Assembly: GCF_964204645.1 (NCBI RefSeq)
Contig: NC_134028.1
Span: 2,604,001-2,668,000, forward strand
Reading direction: 5' to 3'
From: Tubulanus polymorphus
Taxonomy: Eukaryota; Animalia; Nemertea
DNA length: 64,000 nucleotides
Both the position numbers and the translations under genes were made by a program. A model generated the notes under the pieces. The model was not told the DNA's origin and searched no databases. It saw nothing but the letters and a program-made list of their open reading frames with translations. Of this stretch, positions 42,401 to 56,000 are shown piece by piece (within the stretch, counting starts at the first letter, position 1; every line of letters begins with the position of its first letter).

Positions 42401-43901
42401 CATTGAAATTTGTTGCTATTTAAAGATCGTGCGTAAAATTAAACAGTTTGCACCTATCTTGCACATATTTGACTGGGTTGGATTCTAAGCATATCAAATC
42501 AGGAAATAGTCGGGGGGAAGCAAGTCAAATTAAAGTGCTCAATCTGAGTTGTGCTCTAATAACGCTTTATTGGTTATCATAACTTACCGGTACTTGGAAT
42601 TTCATCACAAGTAAGGCAATTTAATTGATTTTTGACTGGAAACAACTATCTTCCAGCCATAACAAATAGATTCTCTGATCCCCTGAAGTGTGTTGTAATG
42701 AGGTTCGGCTGTAGTTACGATTTTCATTAATTGTTGGTTCGTGATAACAAATGACGTATAATTGATTTAGCTGTCCAAAAAGCTTATTGGTCATTATTCA
42801 TTCGATTGATTTAGATGAAAGATGAATATGGTAATGAAGTGACTAAGTTAGCTCGACCTCTTCCCGTTGAGTACCTACTCGTTGATCTACCAGCCGCGTT
42901 CCCGATGGAACAGAAATTTACGTTCACCGGTGGCATCGCTGAAAAACATTTCCCCGTCGGAAATCGTGAGGATATCGGAACTATGCAAGTAAGGGAACGT
43001 TTTCAAATCCGAATCAAATGGCTTTTACATATTTAGGGGTCATTCATTTATTACGTACGCATTAGGGGAGGGGGGAGGGGTCAGTGCAATTACGTACTGT
43101 AATGCTTAATGTATACGAAAAAATGGCCGATTTTGCGTACAAAGGGGGAGGGGGGGTTGAAAAATTCAAATTTTATGCGTACGTAACAAATGAATGATCC
43201 CTTACTTAGAATGAATTTATTTTCACTACTTATGATTTTGTTTCAGGATTTCAATGCTTTTGCTAGTTACATGCACCAGTTTGCTCCCGATAGATTTCTC
43301 GAAGCGGTGTCCGATTTCAACCTTCTTCTCTACATGTCGACGTGTGACATGCTGCCGTTGAAAGAACACATGGCTGGTTTACTGGAAGCGGTGAAAAACA
43401 AAGACGAAGCTTTGGCTCATCACTGGTCAAAAACAGAAGAATGGCAAACATGTGTTCAACTAATGGATCATATTCAAGGTACATAAATGACTTTGACGGG
43501 TCTAGACTGATTTATTCTCTGTATAGAAGAGGACGACCAATTCCACAATATTGTTGATATTTTAAAATGATTATTTAGTCTTGAGAGTTCGAATCTTTTT
43601 TTTATCATCAGTGATATACTAGAACTCGGGCAGGAGCTGTCTTTTTGAATATTCTCTAATTAAGCCCGAATCAATAGAACCGGTCCCTGAAGTAACCCCT
43701 ATTCATATCATCGTATAATTCTAATATTTTTCAGCTCCGAGTCCACCTCTTTCAAGGGGTACATCGTTTACTGGACCAAATGCATCTCCGCTTCCTCCGA
43801 TCGGTGCAACTGGCGGTGGCGCCCTCTGGACGTGCGCGCACTGTACTTTCCTCAATCAACCGAACAGAACTGCGTGTGAAATGTGCACTCTACCGAAATA
43901 A
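39424..43901 (+). CDS. NPLOC4: Nuclear protein localization protein 4 homolog (p97/Ufd1 cofactor), multi-exon
   Basis: UBL LRVQSP..GTKR, CRHGPKGKCFHC, HPPWPGGICTKCQP, YRHVDNVMFEN, VAAIYEPPQ, VGWIFTDL, FGSKFVT, ARPLPVEYL, NZF finger WTCAHCTFLN...CEMC; TAA 43899-43901. Confidence 0.95.
43036..43201. mobile_element. 166-bp Tourist/PIF-Harbinger-like MITE with TTA TSD in an NPLOC4 intron
   Basis: TIR ggggtcattcatttattacgtacgcat / atgcgtacgtaacaaatgaatgatccc; tta at 43033-35 and 43202-04; two G-runs inside. Confidence 0.88.
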
Positions 43902-44937
43902 ATCAACGACGATCACTTGATTAAGTGTCGATGGCTTTTCGTGTTTCTTTACGCAGCCTCTCGCGTGCTGTAGTTTATCATCTGGTGGTCCGTCTGCCAG
44001 CCGTGTCGGTCGTCTGCCGCCGAACTGCAGAACATCTCTACGATTCACTGCGCTGCCGAAACGCCGCGAAACACGTTTCCGAGATGATTCAAGAAATTAG
44101 GAGCTTGCATCGAATGTGATATGATATTAAAAAGAGCATTGTGTTATTAATGTTTATATGTATAGATGAACTTGTTACTAATGACGGGAAATTGAATAAA
44201 TTTACTCGCGTGATTGAATATGTCGGAGATATTTTAGGTAGAAGATGAAAGTTCTGAGTGCAGATTTCTTTGCACTTCGTTATATACATATATAAATATT
44301 GTATGTGTTTGTATTTATTGGTATGTCTACTGTATATGTGATCCTCGAGTTGATAGTTTTCTTGTACACAATTGCTCATTCCCTGGCTCTCACTCGCGAG
44401 TTGTGGATTGTAGGTTAATCAATAGTGAAGATTTTTCTCATTCACTATAATTTAAGTGTAATCTTAAAATGAAATTAACTAGAAAAATAAGAAAAAAAGT
44501 ATTAACTGTATCGAATCGACTTCGGTAATTGCCTTTCTTATTACAAATGTGTATTAAGAAGCTAAATGTTTCGGTTATTCTTTGCTCTAGACGAGTGTAT
44601 CTCGATTTGGTTGCTTGTTTTTTTGTATGAACTTCTGTAATTCATTTGATTTAAAGAAGATTTTGTTCTCTCGAGTTCATGTGTTAAGAGTGCTAAAAAT
44701 GGTGCAGCAATTTACTACATCTAACCAATATTCGATTTTAGATTGTCCTCACTTCACCCTATATGATTTATAACGCATCCTGCAATTCTGGAACTGTAAT
44801 TATTTATGCAAATAAATAAAATACTTGAATAAGAATAACATGTCATTGTGTTTGGGATTTTTTGTTTTTTGTGAAAATCAATCAATATTATAAAACAAAT
44901 TGAGAAATGAGGCGAATGGCAGCGATAGCACCGCAAC

Positions 44938-45045
44938 TGCTGCCCTCTAGGAGTACATACTGGCGCTAGAGGTTTGTTTACGTTTTCCGCTGCGCCATCT
45001 ATCGTGAAATATTGTACTACACAGCTGTGACGTCAAACCAATCGG
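44938..45045. promoter_or_regulatory. WIPI2 upstream region: two CTCF-like motifs, CRE (TGACGTCA) and CCAAT
   Basis: Minus-strand CTCCTAGAGGGCAGCA (~44938-44953) and CGATAGATGGCGCA (~44991-45004); tgacgtca at 45028 followed by ccaat. Confidence 0.45.
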
Positions 45046-45195
45046 CGAGCCGCTTACAAAACCTATCAGCTGTGGAAGGAAAATGATGACAATTTCATGA
45101 AGAAAACTTCAAATTTGACCAGAATTTAACCCGTTAAAGTGGCATAAACCACGTATCACCTCTATAAAGGCGTCGAGAAAGGCTTAGCCGGCCTG

Positions 45196-48100
45196 ATGAA
45201 CCTAGCAAGTCAAAGTGGAGACGCACCCAATGATCTACTTTTTGTCAATTTTAACCAAGATTGCACGTAAGTCGTGACATTTTTTGTCCTCCTCGATTCA
45301 TCTAAAACTATAGTCTATAGTCCTATTGCATTTGATTTCGCAATGCACCTCGTTACCTAACTTCATCAATCGACATTTATTCCAGTTTCATCTCTTTATT
45401 TTCGATAAATAGTTTTTTGAGGGGTATGAAAGTGCAATGAATAGTGCCTGTATATGGCGCTATGCCTATGGGGGTTCATTTGGAAATTGTCGGTACTTGA
45501 ATCTAATTCTTTTCTTTTTCATTTGTAGGTCGCTTGCTGTAGGAACTAAAAACGGCTTTAAGCTTTTTTCACTCAGTTCTGTTGACAAACTAGAATTGAT
45601 CTATGAAAATGGTAAGAAGTGGACCCGAATTATAAACTCTCAATTTATATATACCAAAGTGAAAGAAAAAATGACAACTTTAACATATTTCAGAAGCTGA
45701 TGATATATCTATTGTTGAGAGGCTTTTCTCCAGCAGTTTAGTCGCCATCGTTAGTTTGTCATCTCCTCGAAAATTGAAAGTATGTCACTTCAAAAAGGGC
45801 ACAGAAATATGCAATTACAGTTATTCCAACACCATCCTTGGTGTGAAATTAAACAGAATGGTATGTATTGGTTATCTAAATATATCGACCAAAAACATCA
45901 GTGGATTTTGACATTTTCTCCTTGAATAATACTCAAAATGTTATTTCACCCAGTCCTGAAAGTGGCCAGTTCACGGTGCTCTGTATACGGCGTGTACTGA
46001 GCTCGCGTGAACCCCCACCATGGGTAGCGATAGCGATATAGCACTGACACTAAGAAATTGTGAAATGAAGCCTAAAAAGGGGCTGGTCATACATATCTAA
46101 GTGACATTTGACATTTTTATTCTTTCAGAGACTAGTCGTTTGTTTGGAGGAAAGCTTATACATACACAATATCAGAGATATGAAAGTATTGCACACAATT
46201 CGTGACACGCCTCCAAATCCTCAAGGTCTCTGCGCGCTTTCTGTCAGCAATGAAAACTGTTACTTAGCTTATCCAGGCAGCAATCGAATTGGAGAAGTGC
46301 AAATATTTGATGCCGTGAATTTAGTAAGTTTCGTTAGTTACATTTTAAACAGTATTTAAATGTCTAATACTACTCGTTCATGCAGAAAGCATGCACTAGC
46401 TCAGTCAATAATGTCATAAATACCTGATATAGACAGATCTTAAAATGTCTGGCACAATGACCTAATGACATTGCTTTTCTCCATTCAAATTGAGAAATAG
46501 GATGACTTTTGCCAATCCTCCAATCGATGTAATACGAATTAGAAATCAAAGTTTTAGCCCAGTCCTAGGCTTTATAAATAGACTGAGTTATGGCACCTGA
46601 AAGTCTGTTCGAAGTAGTGAAATAAGTACCGAATATTATAATTTATATATTGCGGTGTTTGTCTGCTATAATGTTTTGATATATTTTATTTTTAGCGAGC
46701 GATCACCATGGTACCTGCCCATGACAATCCGTTAGTCGCCATGTCTTTTAATACAAACGGTACACGTTTAGCTACGGCATCCGAGAAGGGAACGGTCATT
46801 CGCGTATTCTCAATTCCGGACGCTCAAAAACTGTTCGAGTTTCGACGCGGCGTTAAACGGTAAGAAAAATCTTATTCTCAGTCAATCCTATAGAACCTAC
46901 GGAGCAAAGTTTGATAGACTGGTAATTTTCATTTCCTTAAAAAAGTCAGGGAATTTTGATGAGATTGCGTGTAAAATCAAACAGTTTTCGTCTTTGTCTT
47001 ACGTTTCTGATAATTGATTGAATCCTCAACGTATCAAGCCATGGAAAACGACATACATAGGGAAAAAGCAAGTCCAATGAAAGTGGAATGTCAATACAAA
47101 CTGTGACTGATTACCTAGACTCGGTCCCAATGATTAAATCCCTTAATCCGTACCTGGTCTCATTGATTTGGAGCTAAAGTAAAACTTCAAAAATCAACGA
47201 CGCAACCTTAATTTCTCTGTTGAATATTTTTCAGGTGTGTTACGATATATTCACTGGCATTTAGTACTGATTCTTCATTCCTATGTGCATCGAGTAATAC
47301 TGAAACAGTTCACGTGTTCAAATTAGAAACTCAGAAAGATCGATACAATACACAGTAAGTCATATATACCAGACCAGTCCATACATGGGCATTTTTATTA
47401 CTGCAGGTACACATGGATGCCTATAAAGAATCGATTTGTTTTCCTCATAAGGGGCTAGATCATATCATAGACATATGGTTGTGTGGGTGTAATTGGATGA
47501 AATATTATATTTTGAGTACCACCCTGTTAGATGCTATGAGTTTCACCTCAGATAACCTCTGCACTCAGCACAGCTGTTTTGTTAGAATCGGATTCTATAG
47601 CTGGCTTACTGAACCGCAGCCAAATGCGGTCAAACTAATGACTGAATTAAACGTGTTCATTACATCCGTAGGCCTAGCATATATATGAGAAATTTAGAGA
47701 GAGAGAGACGATGTTGAGGTTTTCATTAAAATCACAGAGTGATACGAATTAGAATGAGCAGAATACGCTGTACTTATATAACGAATTTGGATTTACGCCT
47801 ATAACTGAAATAGTGTCTGTGATTCATGCTGGGATGTTACAAATAAACCATCACCATATAAAGCAGTGTATGACTTGCTTTTTAGTTATTTAGTAACAGG
47901 TTTAACTATGGGTATTGATTATATACATGTAGTTGTGCAGCTGGTTGGATGAGTTGAATACTAAAAATATTGATTCTATTCCATCCACAATACATGCGCG
48001 CACAAACTCTACATAACCTCATTAAAAATATTTTAATGATTTAATACAGCTGCTAAAAACTTTCTTTATTTAGAGCTCAATTTGAATTATTAAGATAAAA

Positions 48101-49960
48101 CATTCATACCGAATACATTGAATTGTATCCTTTTTAAACGTTTTGATACTTACCGAATGGAATTATTAGTACATTGTGTTTGATTTCACAGACCCCAGGA
48201 TGATGGTCAGAGTTGGATGGGTTATTTCAATCAAGCGTTGAAAACATCTGCTAGTTACCTGCCGACTCAAGTATCAGATATGTTAAATCAAGATCGTGCG
48301 TTCGCTACTGCTCGGCTGCCGTTTTCAGGACTCAAGAATGTCTGTACATTAGCGCTGTAAGCATATACAATGCGAACCTACATCGTTATTGATATTCGAA
48401 TCATACGAGCCTATTGCACTTTTCACTTTCAGTCACTTCTAAATCATGGTTTTATTTGTAGGATACAGAAACTGCCACGTTTGTTAGTCGCTTCACAAGA
48501 TGGATACGTTTATGTGTATAATCTTGATCCTTGCGATGGTGGCGAATGTACTCTCGCTAAACAGCATAGGTTTGTACCAGTTGTCTAAACCAACGATTTT
48601 CAACTTTTAAGTTGAATTTTAATTGTGAGCTAAACTAACTATATTTTTGTTAGATTGGACGGTAAAGCTGAACCTAATGTACCCGATCAGACAGTCGGAC
48701 GTGATGAAAAACCTGTCACATCCGGAGCATCGTCGTACGCCGCAACGGTTAAACGTAGTGAGTCCACCCCTAGCCCGCAAGCTTCCCCTCCAGGTAAGCG
48801 TAACCCCTGGGGGCCTCAAAGCTATGCTGAGGCTTTAAGGATGCAAAACGATGACTGGGATGATCCCGGAGGTACGGTATAAGCCATGCCTAATTTTCGT
48901 TTGTTCCTCTCGGAATAACGCATGCTTTCGGCTTCTCGGGTTTAATGAGAGATCATAATAAGAGTTAACTGCACTGTGTGTTTAGACGATGTTTCAATCT
49001 GCTTCAAACTCTACGACAAATTGGTTCTATTAATATACATACCCTCCGATATTAATACGTATTTTGGTCTTCAAATATTTACCGCGTATGATGTTGGAGT
49101 TAAGTTCTTATTCATGCAGTAACAGCATGCTCAATCCTGCCCTTTATTTGTTAACTTCAAACTATACTCCGCTTGTAGTGTTCCGTAGAAATGTGGGCCT
49201 TTTACTTTCGAATAAAAGCCCGTACCGATTCTTCAAACCTGTTCCATTTTACAAGTTAATGTACCTTAGATATACGTAACGGGGAATGGCTTAATCTGTG
49301 CTTATTTGTGGCTTGTGGATTTTGTACTTTCGTGGAAAGCACAGAGAAAAAAATCAACCTTTTCACTGTATTGTTGTAGCCCTTTTCTCATTGTTCAATT
49401 CGGTGAACTGATTTGCCTCAGCGGAGATCTGCTGTTTCTATTGATGAAATCACGAGGATACCAAAAAAATTCATCCAGATCTGAATTGGCCTGGATTACT
49501 GTAGATATATTTCATGGATTATTTATTACTACATTACCAGTAATACAGAGTAGCCTCTCCCCAATTTCAAGCTGCGCCTAAAATAAATACTTGCATGCAC
49601 AGATATTGTTCTAATTCATAGTTACCCAATCATTAAATGAAGATAGAATGATACTGTAGTTAGTTATATCGTGAAATTGTTAATTCATGTTTTGTTGTAA
49701 AAATCTATTTGAAAAAGAAATTAAGATATAAATCTTTTTCTATCTATGAATTCCAGTAATAAATGTGTAGTAAATAATAGCAATGTAGAAGAGGGCACGT
49801 CATAAGGACATAGGAATTTATTTGATGTTTATCTGTAATTTCAGAATCTCTGCCATATCAAGATGTGGAGGGAGCGATGGGTGGAGCTGAGTCGGGAACG
49901 GCACACTTACGCCTAGACGATGATAGCGAATTTCCTCCAATGACTCATAAAAATGACTGA
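45196..49960 (+). CDS. WIPI2: WD-repeat PI3P-binding protein WIPI2/Atg18, multi-exon
   Basis: [83 protein letters not shown]-terminal [10 protein letters not shown]; TGA 49958-49960. Confidence 0.95.
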
Positions 49961-51233
49961 AATGTGAATTTAATACTTAAAACCCTTTTTGAGCGGATGC
50001 CATAAATTTGTGGTGAAAAATGGTAGTGGTGAAAAGCAAAAAAAAACAAGAAAATGTGCTAAATACATATTTACAGGCCATTGATTATGTGGGAAAAAAT
50101 TTTGTATGGAATAATATTCACGAATCTATTTTGATAAAATTTCACCCACGACTTGCTTGAATTTTATTCTAAGATGTTGTCGAAAGCATTGGTGGAATGA
50201 GGAAATATGAGTGCGAGTTATCTAAGAAATATTCATAGTTTTAAGTGTAAAAAAATGATGTAGAAAAATACATTTGAATCACCAAAGGATATATCTTTTC
50301 TTAGATGATGATAAGATTGAGAATCATAAGAAGTCTTTGCTGGTTTCCAAATTATATTGCTTTCTTTTCGTTCATTGAGAAATTGGTGCTTTAAACGGTA
50401 TATGAAATTATTAATGACATAGTCCATTATTTTTGGTTGTAATGTTTTCACTTATTTTAAATAATGACATGATTTTGTACAATTTTGATGATTGCAATAA
50501 ACGTAATGTATCTTCAATCCTACTTAAAAGATTCATCCTAGACTATGATTCGACTATGATCTCTGTTCTGAAATTATACAAAGTAAGGTGGTAATGTATG
50601 TGGCCAGTGAGATAAGCGTAGGTCTACTCAATCTCCACTATTGTTTTGTCAAATACCAACGTGAGAAAAATCTGTTCACTGATAGTAAAGTAGCTGGTGA
50701 ATTACATAATTGTATAATTCTCTAATATTTTACTTACTGAATTTTTGCCCCTTCATTAATAATGTTTTTTGTCTTCGGCAACACCTAATTTGAAATTACA
50801 TCTACGCATGGTTATTTTAATCAGAAAAGTTTGACTGTGTTAACTCTATGGTATTTATATGTTTTATGATCTCGTGATGATTTTATCTTAAAGTGTCGAA
50901 AAAGAAATTCCTTGAGTAAAAACAATGACTGTGGTGCGAGAAGCAGTCTCAATACGATTTGCATAATTTGTTGAAGAGATGATCAGAATTTGATCACTTG
51001 CAGGGGTTATTTTTATTGCCGGAATTTATTTCTGAGTTTTCAAAATAAACAAAACTGCTGGAACAATTTAGATCAAATTGAACACGCTTGTCTATTGTAT
51101 GAGATATTATTTTTGATGTTTATTTTGCTAGAATGATATCCATGTTTATTATAAAATTTGCTATGTTTCGAATTTACTCGAATCATCATTTAGCTCAGTT
51201 GAGGTCAGTACCTAATGCTACGACCTGAAAATC

Positions 51234-51336
51234 CAGGTTCCATTTCCACAGTTGTGAGTTTAGATTCTAGAGTTAACTTCATAAAAATGAACTTATTTCA
51301 TTCAACTCATCGAATTTAAAATCAACTGTGGAACTG
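51234..51336. mobile_element. Degenerate short inverted-repeat element in the WIPI2 3' region
   Basis: ttccacagttg (51244) and caactgtggaa (51323) are perfect 11-bp inverted arms ~90 bp apart. Confidence 0.45.
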
Positions 51337-52285
51337 TTGTAAAAATGATGGCTTTCATTTTGAAATCATGTTTCTAATTAACAATCGTTTTTCTATACAA
51401 TTAGCTTTGATATTGTACACAAATGTTTGCGAACAGATTTAGGTGTTTTTCTATCTTGAACCCTCCATTCAGACATAACATTATGACTTTCAAAGCTAGT
51501 ACCATTATTTTTTGCGAGAATTCAGAATGAGCTTACCAAAAACATTCTAATTGAAGCCAAGTTCACGCGTGGGTGTGTTTTTGTGTGTCAGTGAAACTTA
51601 TGCATTTTTCTTTAACTAACTATTAATAAAATGGTTAAGTTTTGTAGGATGGCCTTCATTACTTCAGTTGTATTCATAGTTTACCGTTGAGGTGAATGGG
51701 CCTAAAACTTTTAAGGTCTTACGAATAAAGGATTAGGGCAACTATTGATTTTTAGTATAGTTTCATGATCTTATGAGGTGTGAATGATGTATTAAAATCT
51801 CTACTTGGTACTATAAACTTAACACTTCATATGGAAAGCAATGTTCTTTAACTATACCGGTACATGTTTGCTATTATGCGCACATCATATTCATATCCTG
51901 TCATAGTTATCGAATACACTTGGCAGGTTTTATGTGGATATCTTCACTTGTAAAAAGCTTCCAGTATTTTTGTGAATATCATAATATATTACTACCATAA
52001 TTAGTTATTGATTATTACATTATTGTATATTGATTGTACATACTGCACATGTATGTAATGTGTATCTTTCAAGGAGCTTGACTCAGAAAATTTAGTTTAG
52101 AGCTAAAATTTAAATTGGCTGGCTTCATATTATTAGCAAAATTGTACAATATAGGATTATGTTGTTAAAAATCAATGAGTTTCTCTTATGTTTTTAATCG
52201 GAGGATTTGCGGAGAAAATATATTTCTCAGGATTTGAACCCAAAATCTAGTTGACCGATAAATCAATACGCGCCGCTAGTGTCCA

Positions 52286-52343
52286 TGCCACGTAGATCCC
52301 GTGTGCGCATGCGTCAAGATCTGAAAATCAGGTCGACTTCCGG
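52286..52343 (+). promoter_or_regulatory. SEC24 promoter: TGCCACGT (CREB3/CrebA-type), TGCGCATGCG (NRF1) and ACTTCCGG (ETS)
   Basis: Exact motifs at 52286-93, 52304-13 and 52336-43 in a CpG-rich patch ~700 bp upstream of the ATG. Confidence 0.55.
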
Positions 52344-53019
52344 TCGGCAGAAATACGCAAAATTCGAAGAAATCTGAGTAATTCGCCGTCAATTTCAGCG
52401 GGAAAAAGCGAGATTTTCTCTAAAATCGAAGCTATAATTCAGCGCCCGGCTCTTGACTAGGGATAAAACTCGTAAAAACTAGAATCCGAGGCCAGAATAG
52501 CGAGTAAATCCAGTCTGTGCGGACGAAGATACACGTCAATTTTCATTTCCGGGTGTGTAGTGTCAAGTAAGGAATTACGTGTGTAAACGTCAAAACGTCT
52601 GTTCCTTCGACAATTATTAGGCTGTATTTCACTTGTTTGCTTCCGGAGTAATTCTATTCTGGGGTTATACTACAGTGCGCCGTACATCGTACTTCACTTG
52701 CTCCGTCGGGTCCACAACAACACCTCGCCCGTCGTAATACGCCTGCTGGAAATATTTCAACAAGTTGTCACCTCTCATCTACCTGTGGCATATTTTCATT
52801 CCGGAGTTACTACATAGTGCGGCCTTCAGGCGATTAAAAACGATAACTTGAGTATTTAGCAGGATTTGATATCGAAGAATAGTTAGATTCTACGTCTAGC
52901 TTGTGCCGGGAAATAATTGAGTGGAGAAAATTTTATCCGACTTTTTTTAACGTGAATTATATTGCTGTATATAAGTGTTGTTTGGAGCGATGCATATCTG
53001 ATTGAACTGACTTGAAATA

Positions 53020-56000
53020 ATGGCTGCTAATAACCCACCAGTGCGGCCGGTGATACCTGCTGCGTCTAATCAACCTGTATTCAACAATGCTGCACCGTTT
53101 GGACAACGTCCAACTGGGCCAGGTATGTATGTTTGTTTATACAGGGGGCGTCTTTACTACAGTACCCAGATGAATTAGCAAGGAAGTATAAACCCTGCAT
53201 AGACGAGCATTGTAAAGATGTATGGGCCCGTACCCAGATGAAATTTTAAGCGTACTTTATATCAAGATGGTTGCCTCTTATGCTACCTGCTGAAACGGTT
53301 GATGAAACATTGCATTTAGATTCAGACGGGAGGTCATGATTTGAAATATTTTTTTCTGTCTAGATTGTCCAAACTTAATTCTTACATTCCACTAGAGATT
53401 ATTTGAATGGAGCGACTGCAGTTTAGGTGTCCCTAATGGTTATGTACCTAACCTAACCATAACACTATTCTTTAATAACACTAGTGCCACACAGTGGAAA
53501 GGTGACCCAAACTGCAGTTAGACCATTTGAATTTTTCTTTGCTTCCTGAAAACGAGATGCTGGTACTGAGGATTGTTCCGGACTAATGGACTAATAGTTC
53601 AATTAACTCGTGACCCATGCAGTGTCCGTGAAAATTACCATGAGATGATGAGTGCATAATCCTGATGATGAGGGTCATTAACACAAACTGTCTGTCCACT
53701 CATACCAGCAAATATATCAGATCGGCAAATCAATAAAGTCATTATGATTTTACTACCGGTATCAATTATTTGGACTGTCTATTGCTGTCATTATTTGCCT
53801 GTTATTTCTACCATCCCTCGACCAATAAAACTCATTTTGCGAAATATTGAATTCTGCTGCATGTAGAGATTTGCCCTGTATTTTTTTTTTTTAATTTTGT
53901 GTTCCTTTCATACAAATCCACAAGTAATGTAGAAATCAATAATGATAAAAATCTGCTTAATCTGACTTGAAGAAACGAGTGTAATCATAGAATATTCCGT
54001 CCTCCCTTGACAGGGATTCGAAACCTCATGGCTTGTCATGGCACTAAACCCTGTTCACAGGTACATGACATGCAGGTTTGGTACAGGCCCCAATAAGATT
54101 GCCTGTTGTGTAAATGGAATAATCCTGGGCACTTGGGTTAATCAGGTAGAGTTTTCTGCCATCGAGTTCAATCCCTGTCAAGGGGGATGAGTTTATTCTG
54201 TCATTCATTAATGTGCTTCAATCCACATATATATGCCATTATAAAATCTCCAAATAAGAATCATTGTAACAGCTGTCCTGATGAGATAAACTGATAATTT
54301 CCTTCATTCATTATGAATTAAATCTAGGTTTGTTCCTATCTTAACCACCATTGAAATAGATAACTGTCCCCAACTGCACCAGACCGTCGGCAGGTATTGA
54401 TCTGATCAGAGTGTTCAGGGAGAATTCTCCGTTCATCCCTTATATCTGATTTTGAATATTCTGGAAGATTATCTTGTATGGATATGCAGGATGCTGTTAT
54501 AATATTCACCTTTGCTTAAATCAATATGTTTTAGTGTTGTGTGATTACGTGTTAGTTGAAGAACGGCCTCTGGCAGTATTAACCTACCAATCAAATTTTG
54601 TAGATTTTCCGATGGTAGAGATTTTTCAAATATCTGGAAAAAGATAGTTTTCGTTCGTAATTGTGTTATTCTTGTATTTTCATAGGTAATCAAATGCCGA
54701 ATGGTCCAATGGCTAATATGAATCAGATGCCACCTCAGCCGATGTCGCAATTTGGTGCACCAGGCACTCAAATGCCGAACACAATGGCACCCCCTTCACC
54801 TATGAAACAAGGCATGATGCCTCAACCAACGAGTATACCAAATCAAATGATGTTTAATGGAGGTGGGGCACCTCCGCAACAGAGATTTTGTCCACCAGGA
54901 CCAGCTCTAGGGCAACAACCACCTGTTAGTCGGTTTGGGCCACCTCCTGTCCCCGGGCATCATCAGGGCGCTCCTCTACTAGGCCAACAACCGCCTGTCA
55001 ATCAAATGGGACTTGGACAGCAGCAGCAGCCACCCGTAAACCAGGTCGGGTTGCACCCTCCTGTTAGTCAGATTGGCCCACCGCCATTACCGGGACAACA
55101 ATATCAGAGACCTATTATTCGACCGCCGACAACGCAACAGGCTTCAATGATGAGACCAGTAGGTCCACCGGGAATGCCTCCGCGACAATTCGCACAGCTA
55201 CCGATGGGACTCCAGAATCAGATGCGTGGACCTCCCCCATCAGGTATCCGGCCTCCTCGACAACCAGGCCCACCTCAGCCACCTTCATCAATATCTGGTA
55301 GCACCGGTAAGTAATGTCTCATTGGTATGGATTGAAATAATCCAGTATTTAGAACATACTAACGTGACTAATGCTAATGAATATAATGACATTTGCTTAT
55401 ATTAAACTGCTCATTTTATTACCAGTTCGTTTCATCCTCATACAGTTCTACCATCCCACTAATATCTGCTTTTATTCATTTTGCCTCGAATGTTAATAAA
55501 ATGAATACCACCGCATTATGCATATTGATTTTACCAGTGAAATTACACACTGATCAGTCGGAGTGATTGTACAGTTTCCCAGATGTTCAGTCAATGTGCT
55601 TTGCTTAACCTATATGTCTGCGTGGTTATATGGCAGAAAATTGAAGGGTATTGAGTAGTTGAAATTTGTACAGAATTAGTCGCTACAATTAAATTATCAA
55701 GCTGTGGAATTTGGTATCTTTCAGCAAATATTCGTGTTTACAACAAAATTTTATCTCAGCAATAATCCTACGTTAGTAAACTAATCGAAACAGCTTGTGT
55801 TTTGTCAATGCTGTTGCTGGTTTACAGTTGCTTCCATTGAAATCGATATTTATTTAACTGATCCGCGTATTCGTAGAGATGTATGATGTACCTACATTCT
55901 GGTCCAGATGTCTCGCCCATCAAAGTACTACATTTTACATTGAAATATGTTAATGTATTCGTATTATGTATAATATGATATTGCGGCTATGCTACAGGTA

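Noticed and set aside
47407-47458. Possible poison exon in a WIPI2 intron (ctgcag|...TAG)
   Set aside because: An acceptor-like site is present, but there is no convincing donor or other support.
53646-53675. ATGATGA/CTGATGA suggesting a C/D snoRNA or hammerhead ribozyme
   Set aside because: No properly spaced D box with terminal stem, and no GAAA core with flanking helices.
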